From the human T2T-CHM13v2.0 reference genome, Homo sapiens, in assembly GCA_009914755.4 (NCBI GenBank), contig CP068257.2:26656001-26720000 (forward strand): a stretch of 64,000 nucleotides of DNA, in the 5' to 3' direction. Each line of letters begins with the position of its first letter. The first letter of the stretch is position 1. Positions 1 to 13,400 of the stretch are shown in pieces. The position numbers and the translations under genes are program-made. Under the pieces are notes generated by a model. It was given only the letters and a program-made list of their open reading frames with translations. It did no database searches and had not been told where the DNA came from.

Positions 1-180
1 AATGTATCTTACACTTCACTTCCTAAATCCAAACAAATATACTGCAATAAAAACATTCACCTCTGTTAATTTGGTCATGAGCAAATTATATCTATTGGAA
101 CTACATAAATATTGATGACCAGATTTGGGTATAAGTTTGGCTTAAATTATATGTAGTTATAAAATCTGTTTTAGTAATTT

Positions 181-218
181 CTTTCTATATGACTTGATTC
201 TTTCTATATGACTTGATG
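181..218. repeat. 19-bp tandem duplication (ctttctatatgacttgat[t/g]) x2
   Basis: Two adjacent near-identical 19-mers read directly at 181-199 and 200-218. Confidence 0.6.
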
Positions 219-3169
219 ACTGAGTTTAATTGCCTTCCACTGCCTGTTTCATCTGTATTAATATTGTTCTTACAATTGGACTAATGGCTTCACAGGTAAG
301 TTATCAGAAGTACTAATGGAATTCAGACATTTGTAGAATGTTTTCTACTTCAAAAAATGACTGTATATAATTGTATTTAGGTCTCAAAGAACACTGTCTT
401 TACTTGACCAGGGAAAAAAATGAGAAAAGTTGAATTATTGCAATGGTCACAAAATCAACAACTGATAGAATTGGAACAAGATCTATATTCTATGCTCTTT
501 GTAACACCTTCTACTTCTGCTGTATTCTCTGTTACTCACACCCAGGATAACCATAAAATCTAACACATTGCTTTTCATAGCATTTATTTTTAAAAAAGTC
601 TTGGGAGAGAAATAGACCTTAATATCACCCCTTTCTTCTAGCAGGTAAGATGTTCTTTCCTATTTTACAAACAGAGAAGACAGAGGCCCATAGAAATTAT
701 GATTTGTCTTAAATTAATGTGTGATGAAATGTAAATTATATTAAAGTTTTCCTTCTTCTGGCTATACTATGCACTATCATTTTAGCCAAAATTTATTTTT
801 GTTTAATGTTTATCAGTGAAAGACTAAAATGCTGTTCATATTTGAGGAAAATAAAATTTCCCCCAAAAAAGACATTTCAAAAGTAAAAATTATACATGGC
901 ATTTTATGTTCTTTTCACTGGCAGGCAATCTACAGGAAATTATTTAACCATGAGCCAAACTGAAGTGTCAACTTCCTGTTATCAGGACAACAAAAACATT
1001 ATGGAAACAAATTCTTGGTTTTGAAATTTTTATGGCATGAGTACTCATGACTATAAACCAAACTTTTAAGATAAGAAGACTAACTTGTTTCTCAACATCA
1101 AATAAAATCACCTTATTACATGTATTTATCTTCTCTCAGTTTTTTCTGTGCTTTGTGAAGCCTCCTCGAGCCATGGTCACCTTAAAAATGGATCACAGTT
1201 ATATAGGGAAAAAATTAAAAGTCAAATTGTCATTTATCTTAAATATTGAATGATAATTGATATCTTGGTTTGTCCCATATGATGAGTTGTATGACTCTTG
1301 GAATATAATAGGCTTTCTGAATGACTGTAAATAAATTTGGAACAAAAGTCAGTAAAGAAAAAAGTGGGAGTCATACTTTTTGTCATTATCATATCAAACA
1401 AACACAAACGCTTTTAACCATACCTAAAAAAGTTGAGTTTCCCAGATTTAGGGAAACTGCACAATCTGAAAACACAGTCACAAGACTATCCTCACTTCAG
1501 GTACCAGCTGTCTTTGAATGTCCCCAGGACCGCCCTTATTTCAGACCAGTTGGTAACAAATTCAGAGGTTACCACAGCCACCTTGGGTTCAAAATTTCAC
1601 TAGAAAGACTTACAGAACTCACTGAAAATAATTGTACTCACAATTGCATTAATCAGAGGTCTAGGATACAAATTAAGACCAGCCAAAGGAAGAAGCACAT
1701 AGACCAACTCCACAGCAACCCCATGGGATTGGGGAATGGGCAGCAAGAAAAAAACAATATAAACCTGGACTTAATTCTGCCTACTGGCTAGTGACTAGTA
1801 ACTAAAGTCTAGTAAAGACTAGTAAACTCTGCCTTCTTCCAGCATCCAGGCAACTGTGGCAAGCTAACTTATGATTGGTTAAAATTTCAAATCCTTCATA
1901 GCTCCTGACACTAGTTACTGCCAGTAAAGTGGTAAGCTCATGAACTGATAACTCTAAATATTTTGTACATATATTTGTTTATATGCATATGTATTTTATG
2001 CACTTTTATTTTCTCACTTCTAATTCATTTCTTATCAGATTTTCTGCTCACCACCACTCTAATAAAATAACTCTTTCAAAGGTCTCCAATGGCTTCCAAA
2101 TTGCCAAATCTAGCAATCTATGTTCAGTCTCATCCTGCTTGACCTTGCCAAGTTATTAGTATGTTCTCCATTTCTGTAAGACCAACCCTTACTCTTCTCC
2201 TTCTTCTCAGCCTACTCAATATGAAGGCAAAGAGGACAAAGATCTTTGGGATAATCACTTCCAATTAATGAATAGTAAATATATGTAACATACAAAATAT
2301 GTGGTAATTGCCTATGTTATTGGTAAGGCTTCCAGTCAACAGGAGGCTATTAGTTAAGTTTTAGGGGAGTCGAAAGTTATGTGTGGGTTTTTGACTGTGA
2401 GGAGGTGCTGCTAACCTCACCTTACTCAAGGATCAACTGAATTTATCCCAGAATCCCCTTCCATACGTGGTCTGGATTTGAGTTAGATAAAAGAGAAGCT
2501 TTCTTGAGTGAAGAGGGCATTTATTTTGGAAGACTGTGGTGGGAGGCCAGGGTGAGAGGAAGTCCCAGGGTGTTCACTGGGCTCTAGTTTCAGCTCATCT
2601 TTCTACTGTTTTCATCAACCAACAGCAGCCCCAAGCCAACCACCAAGCTCTAGCAAGGTGACAGCTTCAACAGACCTCTCTTCAAGCACTGCCTTATTTA
2701 AGTCCCAATTCAGCGGCCAAGGATGCACATCTTCTGGAACTTTTCTGCAATCTCTGACCTGGCCATCCAGAACAGGCTGTCACGGTTAGTGACTTTTGCT
2801 GAATATCACTTTCCTGTTCCCGATCTTCACATGCCCAGTTCTTTCCACATGATTGTAATCTTTAATTTCCATAAAAAATTTCTTCTACTTATAATATTTC
2901 TTGTGCTTTTTTTTTAGACTGAATGCTAAGGGATAGATGTGTGAAATTTCAATTATTGTTTTTAGCAAATAAACCAAAACTTCATATTCTATGGCTAAAA
3001 GTGTGGTGTTCCTCTTACACGTGATGAAAGGCAGGGACTGACTCAAAATATGTATGCCTTTCAAAACTCTAAAAATAAAGCATGTCATCAGGCTGTGACA
3101 GGGATAAACATATAATGAGCACATATAGAATCCCAAGAGTTACCTTCACTGGTCACATATGTAGCCTTC

Positions 3170-3400
3170 TGCTATCGACTGAATTGTGCCCCACTCTAAT
3201 TAATGTGTTGAAGCCCAAACCCAGTATGACTGTACAAAGAGACACTGTCTTTAGAAGGCAATGGAAGTTTATTTAGGTCATAAGTGTGGGGTCCTAATCT
3301 AATAGGACTGCGGAGATTTATAAGAAGGAAAAGATCTCTCTCTCTCTTTATCTCTCTCTCTCTCTTCCTCTCTCTCTCAAGCAGTATCCTCATGTATAAA
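3170..3400 (+). mobile_element. Partial ERVL/MaLR-superfamily LTR (MLT-like 5' half) ending in a (TC)n tract
   Basis: Opens 'gaattgtgccccact...atgtgttgaagcccaaaccc...ggggtcctaatctaatag...tttataagaagg', the hallmark 5' motifs of MLT1/MLT2-type LTRs. Homologous to the LTRs at 31068 and 38556. The TC-rich tract sits at the position of the consensus 'gagagctctctct' region. Confidence 0.45.
3325..3378. repeat. (TC)n microsatellite, interrupted
   Basis: Run 'ctctctctctctttatctctctctctctcttcctctctctctc'. Confidence 0.9.
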
Positions 3401-6400
3401 ATAATTCTTACAGAGGACTAGGTTTCTTTCTGGGAACCCCTTCAACTCTTTTCTGCCCCAATCGCTCATAACATCCCACTTTATACACTTCATAGTCCTC
3501 ACACTCATCTGAGCCTCCAACCCAATCACCTCCCAGAGTCTATTCTACCTTGTGCAGCTATAACATCCTAATTTTCAACTTCCACTCTTTTTTTACTGAT
3601 TTAATACTGCGGAATAAATCCTATATGAAAATATGTACTTACCACTGATCTTCCATGTAAAACTCTGAAACCCTAGTAGTTGACAATTTAGAAATTCTGA
3701 ATACTTGTGCTCAATTTATATCATAAATTCTAGATTATTATTGACATTAAATAAGCAGACAATATCACAGGACACTTCATCATCTGACCTTGCTTGTCTT
3801 TCTCTAACTACATTTCTCCCAGCTCCACTTCTCTGGTCAAAAAGAATCATGCTTTCCTTTCTTTCAAACATGCTTTACATACGCTATTTTCACTGTCTGG
3901 AATTCACTCCTGCTGCATTTCCCATGTCTTACTTATCCTTGAGGTCTAAAGTTAACTAAAGCATTTTCCAAAGGATTCCTTGACCTTGAAAGATTGAGTC
4001 TTGTTCTTCCTTTACTTTCTGACTTACTATGGATAACCTCTCTAAGTAGACTCTCTACTTTTTAACAGCACATTATTTTCTTGTTTACTAGTGCCCTTTC
4101 CAATTTATTTGTTTATTATTTATAGCATATTAGAGAAATAGCCTATAAACATTAAGAGAGTAGGGGCCATATATGTCTTATTCACTCTTTTTTGGAATTC
4201 AGTTTCTGACACAATGAAGGTACATCTTAAGTTGACTAAATGAATGACAAAATACAGTATGAATGAAGAATTGATTAAATCATTAATAACTATGGTATCA
4301 ATTTCCCTCCACATTACCTTGAAATCAGCCTTTATTAGTCAATCTTGCACACTGGAAAGCTGGAAGGCAGATGCTGTATCTAGCCAATTATTTTATCACC
4401 AATTCCAACAGGAACTCATACTCATAGATACTGTGCTGCTGTTAGAATAGCTGTCCATTATCTCTCAAATCATTTATTTTCTCAACTCTTTGTCTTGCCC
4501 TCTTTGTTCTCATTTTTTCTTCCACAATTGACTAGTTTTCATTCATCATGGATTAGTCAACCGCATCTTTCCCATAAAACCTACACTCAAAGTAGAGTGA
4601 CTTTTCCCTAAATTCCTATTTTTCCCAGCTTTGACACTTGACAATACTCTGTCTTTCAACCTTTTGGGAAGCTATTGTCTTGCATTGTCATCAACTTTTA
4701 AACACGTGCATAACTTGTTATCTCAATTAAATTGTAATTTTTAAAGGAAAGGCATATAGCATATGACTACCTCTTTTATATTCTTAACAATGTTGAGAAT
4801 AGTGCAATAAATGTAATAAACATCTTCACTGAATGAATGAATAAACATATCACTTATGGAATCACATTTTTATATTTAATCTTCCAGGAAAATAATTACT
4901 TTATTTGACCTTGCCAAAACTTCTTGAAAACAACATATGTAACTTTAAGCCATATTTTTCAATAAATAACATCTTCATTACTCTGAGTGAATTGTAAGAA
5001 TTGACTCAATTACCAAGATGACCAAGCCAGCTTCAAGGATGTGACCAATACACTGTGAGAATTTGACTCATTGTATACTGGGCTTTTCACTTGGCTGTTT
5101 AACAGGAGAAAACAGGAAAGAAGCACACAGTCAAGTGTGCTTGCAGTGGAGAAATTGGTGTTCAGTGTTCTGGACAGGCTTTAAGTCCTCTGGGTTATAT
5201 CCAAGCAACACAGCCTCAGAGCTAGATCACAGAATCAAGACACCAGAATTCTACTTCTGTGTCCAACATTTAGTGCAATCAGATGGAATGCAACATTGAA
5301 ATATGAAATGTAATGTTTTAGTTAAATCAGTGTTCAAGCTGGCAATTTATTATATGCAGCCTGTTCAGAATTGAAAAATTTGCTATTGTCTAGACTGTGC
5401 TTCAGACAATCAGCCACAAATCCCAATGTAGAGGTTATTCTGTGGTTGCATAACTTAAATAAATTTCCTACCTCAAAGTCATTGACAAAAAAATACTGGA
5501 ATAACGAATCCCTAGTAAAGTCAGATCTCGTCAAATAGAAGTTATTTATAGTCATATACTGTGATAGATGGCCATATTCAAAGCATTTGATATTAAAAGT
5601 CTAAAATCAATCTTACTATGTATACATAGGAAGTTGTCAAGCTAATTTGACACTATTACACAGCATTTAAGTATGCACCAAGTCTAGAATGTTCAATTAG
5701 ACAAACTTACAATACCTAAGTAAAGTTATGTTAGTCTAGATAAATCATACTTATTTATTGAAGAATTCTAATTTGAAGAATTCCAGACAGCAAGTTTTAT
5801 TCTAAAAATAATTTATAATGTTAGCTGCAAATGTCATATATCAATAAGATTGTGTAAAAAGCCCTAAATTTTTCATCCTTAGAAAGCAGTTAATCATTGA
5901 GACATGATAACACCACCAAAAAAGATTACCCTATGCAGTTCTTGAAGTACATTTTGCTTCTAATAAATTTAAAAAGATAATTTCCACATAAAGGATATAT
6001 TCAAATCATGGCAATAATAAAAGCTAAGAAGTGCCATGGAATTAATAAGACCTTGCCCACAAAAGCAAAGAGCCAATTGGCAATAACATTGTCTAATGGA
6101 GGGGCAGACCGCTGGAACTCTCCTTGCACCGCCAAGAGAGTTAGAAAGTTATGACCAACAATAATTTGGTCAGGGGAAAAAGCTCAAATTGCATAATCTG
6201 TGAAACAAAAAAGAAGTCTGTGTGCCATTAGTTAATTTCCTCAAATTATACAAATAAGCTCTACTGAAGTTTAATGACAGACATATTGAGTGAGATTATC
6301 TCAAAACTCTTTTCCAACTTTTAAATTTTATGACTTTGTGACTGTCTAGTATATTTAAATCTGAATATAGATCGGGCAGAAATAAAACAAATAAAATTCT

Positions 6401-6909
6401 CTCCATAATGCTGGATATATTTATTTGATTTTTTTCAGAAGCTCAAAAAAGGGAAAATTTATCTTCATTGAACTTTCTTTGTGTGTCTTTTCAGCACTGG
6501 AACAGTTAGTACAGAGTTTCCTTCCAAGCAGTATTTTTCAATGACTTTTAAAAAATAAAAGGGAGGAATAAATGACTACCTGATAAGAAACAACTTCCTG
6601 ATGTGCAATGCCATGAGAAAAATTGATTTTCAAGTATTAAATAAATGTCTAAATATATTGATTATTAAAATAAGAACTATGAGTCCTCATTCACAAAAAA
6701 TAATTTTATCCTGTCCACTTAAGATAAAAAGAATTGCACTTGAACACTCTTTGGTCATTTTTAATGGGATTAGATTCTATAACTGTATTATTGAGAGGAA
6801 AATATAATATTAAACTGTCTAAGATTTGTGGCCAGGTGTTACTCATCAAAAATTTATGAGATCACTTGAAGGTATTCATTTCAAAGTTTATATCCTGTTG
6901 AACACAGTC

Positions 6910-6911
6910 AT

Positions 6912-6946
<35 letters not shown>

Positions 6947-6950
6947 TTTT
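6910..6950. repeat. (TTTA)n microsatellite, about 10 units
   Basis: Direct read of 'tttatttatttattta...'. Confidence 0.9.
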
Positions 6951-7679
6951 CTAACCAGTTTTTAAGAAAGAGCATGAGATTTGGAAAGAGAAGTTCTTAG
7001 TTCACATTCAGGCTTTGACTTTTACAAGTAATGTATCTTGGGCAAATCACTAATTTTGCTGCAGATAACTTTTTGTGTTTGAGAATTGCTAAGATATTTA
7101 CATTATGCAAAGATATAATTGCTTTGTAATCTATGAAAATATATTAAAAATGTCAATAGGTAATATGGGAAGAATAGCTGGCTGTCCATCAAAATCTCCT
7201 TCCCATTTTTACTGTATATGGTTGTGGTTCCTTAAAGGAGCTAGGTTCCATTTCCAAGACCACCTTGCAGCTAGCTGTGGCCTTGTGACTGGTTAATATC
7301 AACAGAATAAGTAATTGTGTATGCCACTTTATGATCAAGGTAATAACATCATTCATCCTCCATACTCACTGTCTCTTTCCACAAAATAAATAAAAATGGT
7401 TATAGCCCCATGGGATGACAGAAGATGGGAGAAACTTAGGTTTCTGCATTATGGATATGGAAAAAAATCTGCTCATGGATCAGGAATAACCACCTTGGAC
7501 TGTTACTATGATGGTGAAAATGGTCTCTTGTGTTGACCCATTATATACTTTGCATGTATATTTTATCAAACCTTAGTGTATGCTTCCTAGTAGAGAAACT
7601 GATACCTTAAAGTGAAGTGTTTCTATTTAGTAAACCACTAAAATACAGGACATGGGAATAACAGCTGGGCAGTGGGCAG

Positions 7680-8126
7680 TGTGGTGGTGAATACTGAGTG
7701 TCAACTTGATTGGATTGAAGATGCAAAGTATTGATCCTGGGTGTGTCTGTGAAGGTGTTGCCAAAGGAGATTAACATTTGAGTCAGTGTGCTGGGAAAGG
7801 CAGACCCACCCTTAATCTGGATGAGCACAATCTAATCAGCTGCCAGTGCAGCTAGAACAAAAAGCAGGCAGAAGAATGTGAAAAGACTAGACTGGCTTAA
7901 CCTCCCAGCCTACATCTTTCTTCTGTACTGGATGTTTCCTGCCCTTGAACATCAGACTGCAAGAACTTCAGCTTTGGGACTCAGACTGGCTTCCTTGCTC
8001 CTCAGCTTGCAGATAGCCTATTGTGGGAGCTTGTGATCATGTGAGTTAATATTCCTTAATAAACTCACTTTTATTTATACACTTATACTATTAGTTCTGT
8101 CCCTCTAGAGAACCCTGACTAATACA
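7680..8126 (+). mobile_element. 5' LTR of the ERV-L-like provirus
   Basis: Sequence runs 'tgtggtggtgaatactgagtgtcaacttgattgg ... ccttaataaactc ... ctctagagaaccctgactaataca'. It aligns along its whole length with the 3' LTR at 13606-14035 and carries an AATAAA at 8058-8063. Confidence 0.85.
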
Positions 8127-8131
8127 GATTT

Positions 8132-8146
8132 TGGTACCAGGAGTGG
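8132..8146 (+). promoter_or_regulatory. Primer binding site, tRNA-Leu(UAA)-type (tggtaccaggagtgg)
   Basis: The 15 nt starting 5 nt after the LTR are complementary to the 3' end of human tRNA-Leu-TAA (...CCCCACTCCTGGTACCA). A Leu PBS is the hallmark of ERV-L. Confidence 0.7.
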
Positions 8147-8152
8147 TTTTAG

Positions 8153-8519
<367 letters not shown>

Positions 8520-8979
8520 AAGGACTCTACTTCTAATAGTATGGAGAACACTGATAGTCCTTGGCATGAACTGTGTAGATGCATTTGACACTCCTGATTC
8601 ACTGCACATGAGGGGCGAGGAGTTTAGTGACTCATACATAATACCTTTGACCATATGTGGAGAACCAAAGAACATTATGAAGTTGGTTGGTTGCTTCTAA
8701 GTTCACTGGACAAAGTGATGTAAGAAAATTATGAACTCAGGAATTCTAACTCCCAGTTACAGATGCAGATACTGAGCCTCAAATCTCCTAAGATTGCCCT
8801 GAGTGAGACTTACCTCCTGTAGAGAAAAAGCTAAAGTTGTGGAAAATCAGACACAGGCTCTTATAATGCGAGCAACTGACCTGCAACAAAAGATGTATGC
8901 ACAGCCTTGCCAGGTGTCTACTGTTAAAGTGAGGGCATTGATTGGAAAAAAATGAGACCCTGCAACTTGGAATGGGGAT

Positions 8980-9534
8980 GTGTGGGAGGACCCTGATGAA
9001 GCTGGGGACACTGAGATTGTAAACTCTGATGAACCTTTTTTGCCAGAAGAAACAGCTTCCCCATCCCCAGTAGTGGCAACATTCCCTCCCCAACCCCAAC
9101 TGCCATCAGCCTTTCTATCTTTGTCTGAGGAGATAAACCCTGTGCTGCCTGAGGCAACAGCAATGGCCTCCGCTGAGGCAGTTTCCAGGCAAGGTAATGT
9201 TGATTCTCCTCAGTACTCACCCTCAACACCCCTGATTGCTTCTAGACCTATAAGTAGACTAAAGTCCCAGCAGGCCCCTAGAGATGAGGTTCAGAGTGTG
9301 ACCCATGAAGAGGTGCACTACACTCAAAAAGAACTACTTGAGTTTTCTGGTTTATATAAGCAGAAATCTGTAGAACAGGTATGGGAATGGATATTAAGGG
9401 TGTGGGATAATAGTGGAAGGAACATAGAGTTGGATCAGGCCGAATTCATTGATTTGGGCCCCCTAAGTGAGGATTCTGCATTTAATATTGCTGCTCGGGG
9501 AGATAAAAAAAGTTCTAATAGTTTGTTTGGTTAA
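8980..9534 (+). pseudogene. Retroviral gag remnant (MA/CA-like ORF, 184 aa)
   Basis: This is the longest ORF inside the provirus and lies upstream of protease. Its product is rich in P/S/T followed by a CA-like segment (…LYKQKSVEQVWEWILRVWDNSGRNIELDQAEFIDLGPLS…). The reading frame breaks downstream. Confidence 0.55.
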
Positions 9535-9880
9535 CTGAAATATGGATTAAAAGATGGCCCACTGTGAGCAAGCTGGAAATGCCTGATTTCCTCCCTTGAT
9601 TTAATGTAGAAGAAGGGATCCAAAGGCTTAGGGACATTGGGAAGATGGGGTGGATTAGTCACTTCAGACCTACTCATCTCATCTGGGAGAGAGTCCGGAA
9701 GATATACCCTTGACCAATATTTTGTGAAATAGATTTGTGAGGGAAGCACCTGCATCTCTGAGGAGCTCTGTAGGGACTGCTCTTCTCTGTATGCCAGATC
9801 TAACAGTGAGAACTGCAGTCACTCAACTATGAAATGTAAATGCAATGCGAATAATTGGATCCTGAGGTGGCAGGGGCCAA

Positions 9881-10123
9881 GTGGCAACACTCAGCCATCA
9901 AAAGCAAGGTGGGCATAGCTACCGTAATGGACATCAGAGGCAAAGCAGCAATCAGAATAGTGTGACTTGTGTAGAACGCTGGCATTGTCTAATTAATCAC
10001 GGTGTTTCTAGAAGTGAAATTGATAGGAAGCCTACTGCATTCCTACTTAATTTATATAATAAGAAAACATCCAGATCTAGTGGACAAAAAACTAATTTGA
10101 ATTATAAAAACAAAGAATCATAG
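9881..10123 (+). pseudogene. gag C-terminal (NC-like) remnant ORF
   Basis: A basic, Cys/His-containing ORF (…VTCVERWHCLINHGV…) sits between the CA-like ORF and protease. The zinc-knuckle spacing is degenerate. Confidence 0.35.
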
Positions 10124-10302
10124 CTCCTTAATCAGTTTCCAGACTTGAACTCGTTTAAAGACCCAGAACCCCTTGAATGGAGAGCAGGCTGGGTCCCCTT
10201 GAGGAAGGACCCCACTACACTACTGACAATTTATGCAGTTATCCTTTCTCCCATCCTTCCCCACAGAGACCTCTGGCCTTTTACCAGGGTAAAGTGCATT
10301 GA

Positions 10303-10623
10303 GGAAAGGAAAATGATCAGACATTTCAGGGACTACTAGATACTGGCTCTGAGCTGACACTGATTCCAGGGAACCCAAAACATCATTGTGGTCCTCCAGT
10401 TGAAGTAGGGACTTATAGAGGTCAGGTAATTAATGGAGTTTTAGCCCAGATTCAACTTACAGTGGGTCCAGTGTGTTCCCAGACTCATTGTGTGGTCATT
10501 TCCCCAGTGCCAGAATGCATAATTGGCATAGACATACTTAGCAGCTGGCAGAACCCCCACATTGCTTCTCTGACTGGTAGGGTGAAGGCTATTATGGTGG
10601 AAAGGCCGAATGGAAGACAATAG
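10303..10623 (+). pseudogene. Retroviral aspartic protease remnant
   Basis: Open frame with no Met: GKENDQTFQGLLDTGSELTLIPGNPKHHCGPPVEVGTYRGQVINGVLAQIQLTVGPVCSQTHCVVISPVPECIIGIDILSSWQ…, containing the D-T/S-G active-site motif and the GIDIL flap-region motif. Confidence 0.75.
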
Positions 10624-10631
10624 AGCTGCCT

Positions 10632-11084
10632 CTACCTAGAAAAACAGTGAATCAAAAACAATATCGCATCCCTGGAGGGATTGCAGAGATTAGTACCACC
10701 ATCAAGGAACTGAACAATGCAGGGATGGTAATTCCCACCACATCCCCATTCAACTCTCCTATTTGGCCTGTGCAGAAGATAGATGGATCTTGGAGAATGA
10801 CAGTGGATTATTGTAAGCTTAACCAAGTAGTGACTCCAATTGCAGCTACTGTACCATATGTGGTTTCATCACTTGAGCAAATTAACCATCTCCTGGTACC
10901 TGGTATGTAGCCATTGATTTAGCAAATGCCTTTTTCTCCATTCCCGTACATAAGGCCCACCAGAAGCAATTTGCCTTTAGCTGGTGAAGCCAGCAATATA
11001 CTTTTATTATCCTACCTCAGGGGTATATCAACTCTCTGGCTTTGTGTCACAATTTTGTTTGGAGAGACGTTGATCAATTCTCCC
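10632..11084 (+). pseudogene. pol reverse transcriptase N-terminal/palm remnant
   Basis: ORF 10647-10910 translates as …[42 protein letters not shown]…. Shifted frames continue as …FFSIPVHKAHQKQFAFSW…[31 protein letters not shown], which are the RT palm motifs. The region is frameshifted. Confidence 0.75.
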
Positions 11085-11320
11085 TGGGGCCCAGAACAGG
11101 AAAAGGTTCTGCAACAGGTCCAGGCTGCTGCACAAGCTGCTCTGCCACTTGGGCCATATGACCCAGCAGATCTAATGTTTCTTGAGGTGTCAGTGGCACA
11201 TAGGGATGCTCTTTGGTCCAGAGATATGTGGATGTACCTCTCTGAGTGGTCAAAAACTGTGAAGATATTTGTATCCCATGTAAGTGCTCACCAACAGGTG
11301 ACCTCAGCAGATTCCCACAG
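11085..11320 (+). repeat. Intra-pol insertion made of a duplicated RNase H tether start fused to the RNase H C-terminal end
   Basis: Positions 11095-11215 ([43 protein letters not shown]) are about 85% identical to 11697-11835. Positions 11215-11310 (RDMWMYLSEWSKTVKIFVSHVSAHQQVTSA) are about 90% identical to 12561-12650. The block sits between the RT motif 'FSL' and the continuing 'PKDMTLVDFVEDIMLIGSS'. Confidence 0.7.
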
Positions 11321-11700
11321 ATTTCCCCTTCCCAAAAGATATGACACTGGTTGATTTTGTTGAGGATATTATGCTGATTGGATCCAGTAAGTGAGAAGTA
11401 GCAAACACACTTGACTTATTGGTGAGACATTTGCATGCCAGAGGACGGGAAATAAATCTGACTAAAATTCTGGGATCTTCTGTGTCAGTAAAATTTCTGT
11501 GGGTCCAGTGGTGTGGGGCCTATCAAGATATTCTTTCTAAGGTGAAGGATAAGTTGCTGCATTTGACCCCTCCTACAACCAAGAAAGAGGCACAATACCT
11601 AGTGCGCCAATTTGGATTTTGGAGGCAATACATTCCTCATTTGAGTGTGTTACTCCAGCCCATTTATTGAGTGACTCAAAAGGCTGCCAGTTTTGAGTGG
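11321..11700 (+). pseudogene. pol RT C-terminal / connection remnant
   Basis: Reads DMTLVDFVEDIMLIGSSK.EVANTLDLLVRHLHARGREINLTKILGSSVSVKFLWVQWCGAYQDILSKVKDKLLHLTPPTTKKEAQYLVRQFGFWRQYIPHLSVLLQPIY, which includes the YxDD-like box. Confidence 0.7.
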
Positions 11701-12650
11701 AGTCCAGAACAGGAAAAGGCTCTGCAACAGGTCCAGGCTGTTGTGCAAGCTGCTCTGCCACTTGGGCCATATGACCCAGCAGATCCAGTGTTGCTTGAGA
11801 TGTCAGTGGCAGACAGGGATGCTGTTTGGATCCTTTGGCAGGCCCCCATAAGTGAATCACAGTGGAGGCCTCCAGGATTTTGGAGCAAGGCCCTGCCATC
11901 TTCTGCTGATAACTACTCTCCTTTTGAGAGACAGCTCTTGGCCTGCTACTGGACTTTGGTGGAAACTGAACGTTTGACTATGGGTCATCAAGTCACCATA
12001 CCACCTGAACTGCCTATCATGAACTGGGTGTTTTCTGACCTATCCAGCCCTAAAATGTGTCATCCACAGCAGCATTCCATCATAAAATAGAAATGGTATA
12101 TACATGATTGGGCTTGAGCAGGTCCTGAAGGCACAAGTAAGTTACACGAGGAAGTTGTTCAAATGCCCATGGTCTCCACTCCTGACACTCTGCCTTCTCT
12201 CCCCGATCCTGCACTGATGGCCTCATGGGGAGTTCCCTATGATCAGTTGACAGAGGAAGGGAAGACTAGGGCCTGGTTCACAGATGGTTCTGAACAACAT
12301 GTAGGCACCACCTGAAAGTGGACAGCTGTGGCAATGTAGCCCCTCTCTAGGACATCCCTGAAGGACAGTGGTGAAGGGAAATCTTCCCAGTGGGCAGAAC
12401 TTCAACCAGTGCACCTGGCTGTGCGCTTTGCATGGAAGGAGAAATGACCAGATGTGTGACTGCATACTGATATATGAGCTGCGGCCAATCGTTTGACTGG
12501 ATGATGAGGGACTTGGAAGAAGCATGATTGGAAAATTGGTGACAAAGAAATTCGGGGAAGATGTATGTGGATGTACCTCTCTGAGTGGTCAAAAACTGTA
12601 AAGATATTTGTATCCTATGTGAGTGCTCACCAATAGGTGACCTCAACAGA
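11671..12650 (+). pseudogene. pol tether / RNase H remnant
   Basis: ORF 11671-12090 reads …[48 protein letters not shown]…HQVTIPPELPIMNWVF…. It is followed in shifted frames by …AWFTDGSEQ…SSQWAELQPVHLAVRFAWKEK…KKHDWKIGDKEIRGRCMWMYLSEWSKTVKIFVSYVSAHQ. These are the RNase H signatures (TDGS, QxAEL, VSAHQ). Confidence 0.7.
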
Positions 12651-13400
12651 GAAGGATTTTAATAATCAATGTTGGATAGGATGACCCATTCTGTGAACAC
12701 CACTCAGCCTCTCTCCCCAGTCACCTCTGATATCACCCAAAGGGACCATGAACAAAGTGGCCATGGTGGCAGGGGTGGAGGTTACATATGGGCTCAGCAA
12801 CACGGACTTCCACTCACCAAGGGTGACCTGGCTACAGCCACTGCTGAGTTCCCAATTTGCCAGCAGCAGAGACCAAAACTGAGCCCTCAATATGGCACCA
12901 TTCCTCGGGGTGATCAGCCAGCTACCTGGTGGCAGATTCATATTGGACCTCTTCCATCATGCAAAGGGCAGAGGTTTGTCCTCACTGGAATAGACACTTA
13001 CTCCTGATATAGGTTTGCCTATCCTGCACTCAATGCTTCTGCCAAGACTACCATCCGTGAACTCACAGAATGCCTTATCCACCATCATGGTATTCCACAC
13101 AGCATCGCCACCAAGCAAGGCAATAATCTTATGGCTAAAGAAGTGTAGGCAGTGGGCTCATGCTCATGGAATTCACTGGTCTTACCGTGTTCCCCATCAT
13201 TCTGACGCAGCTGGATTGATAGAATGGTGAAATGGCCTTTCAAAGTTGCAATTACAATGCCAACTAGGTGCAATACTTTGCAGGGCTGGGGCAAAGTTCT
13301 TCACAAGGCTGTGTGTTCTCTGAATCAGTGTCCAATATATAGTATTATGTTTGAGCATGTTTACACTCATACTAAGAAAATATCTTCGTTTTATTTCCTT
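12651..13400 (+). pseudogene. pol integrase remnant
   Basis: ORF 12669-13007 reads …HEQSGHGGRGGGYIWAQQHGLPLTKGDLATATAEFPICQQQRP…WWQIHIGPLPSCKGQRFVLTGIDTYS (HHCC-like motif followed by the catalytic core). ORFs 13015-13230 and 13224-13415 continue it (…HHGIPHSIASDQG…, …LQGWGKVLHKAVCSLNQCPIY…). Confidence 0.75.

Noticed and set aside
1321-1791. 156-aa ORF, the longest non-repeat ORF in the first 5 kb, considered as a candidate exon or gene
   Set aside because: It has no recognisable protein motif. It lies in CpG-poor, AT-rich sequence without splice-site or promoter context that I can see. Several equally long ORFs elsewhere are demonstrably artefacts. It is most parsimoniously a chance ORF.
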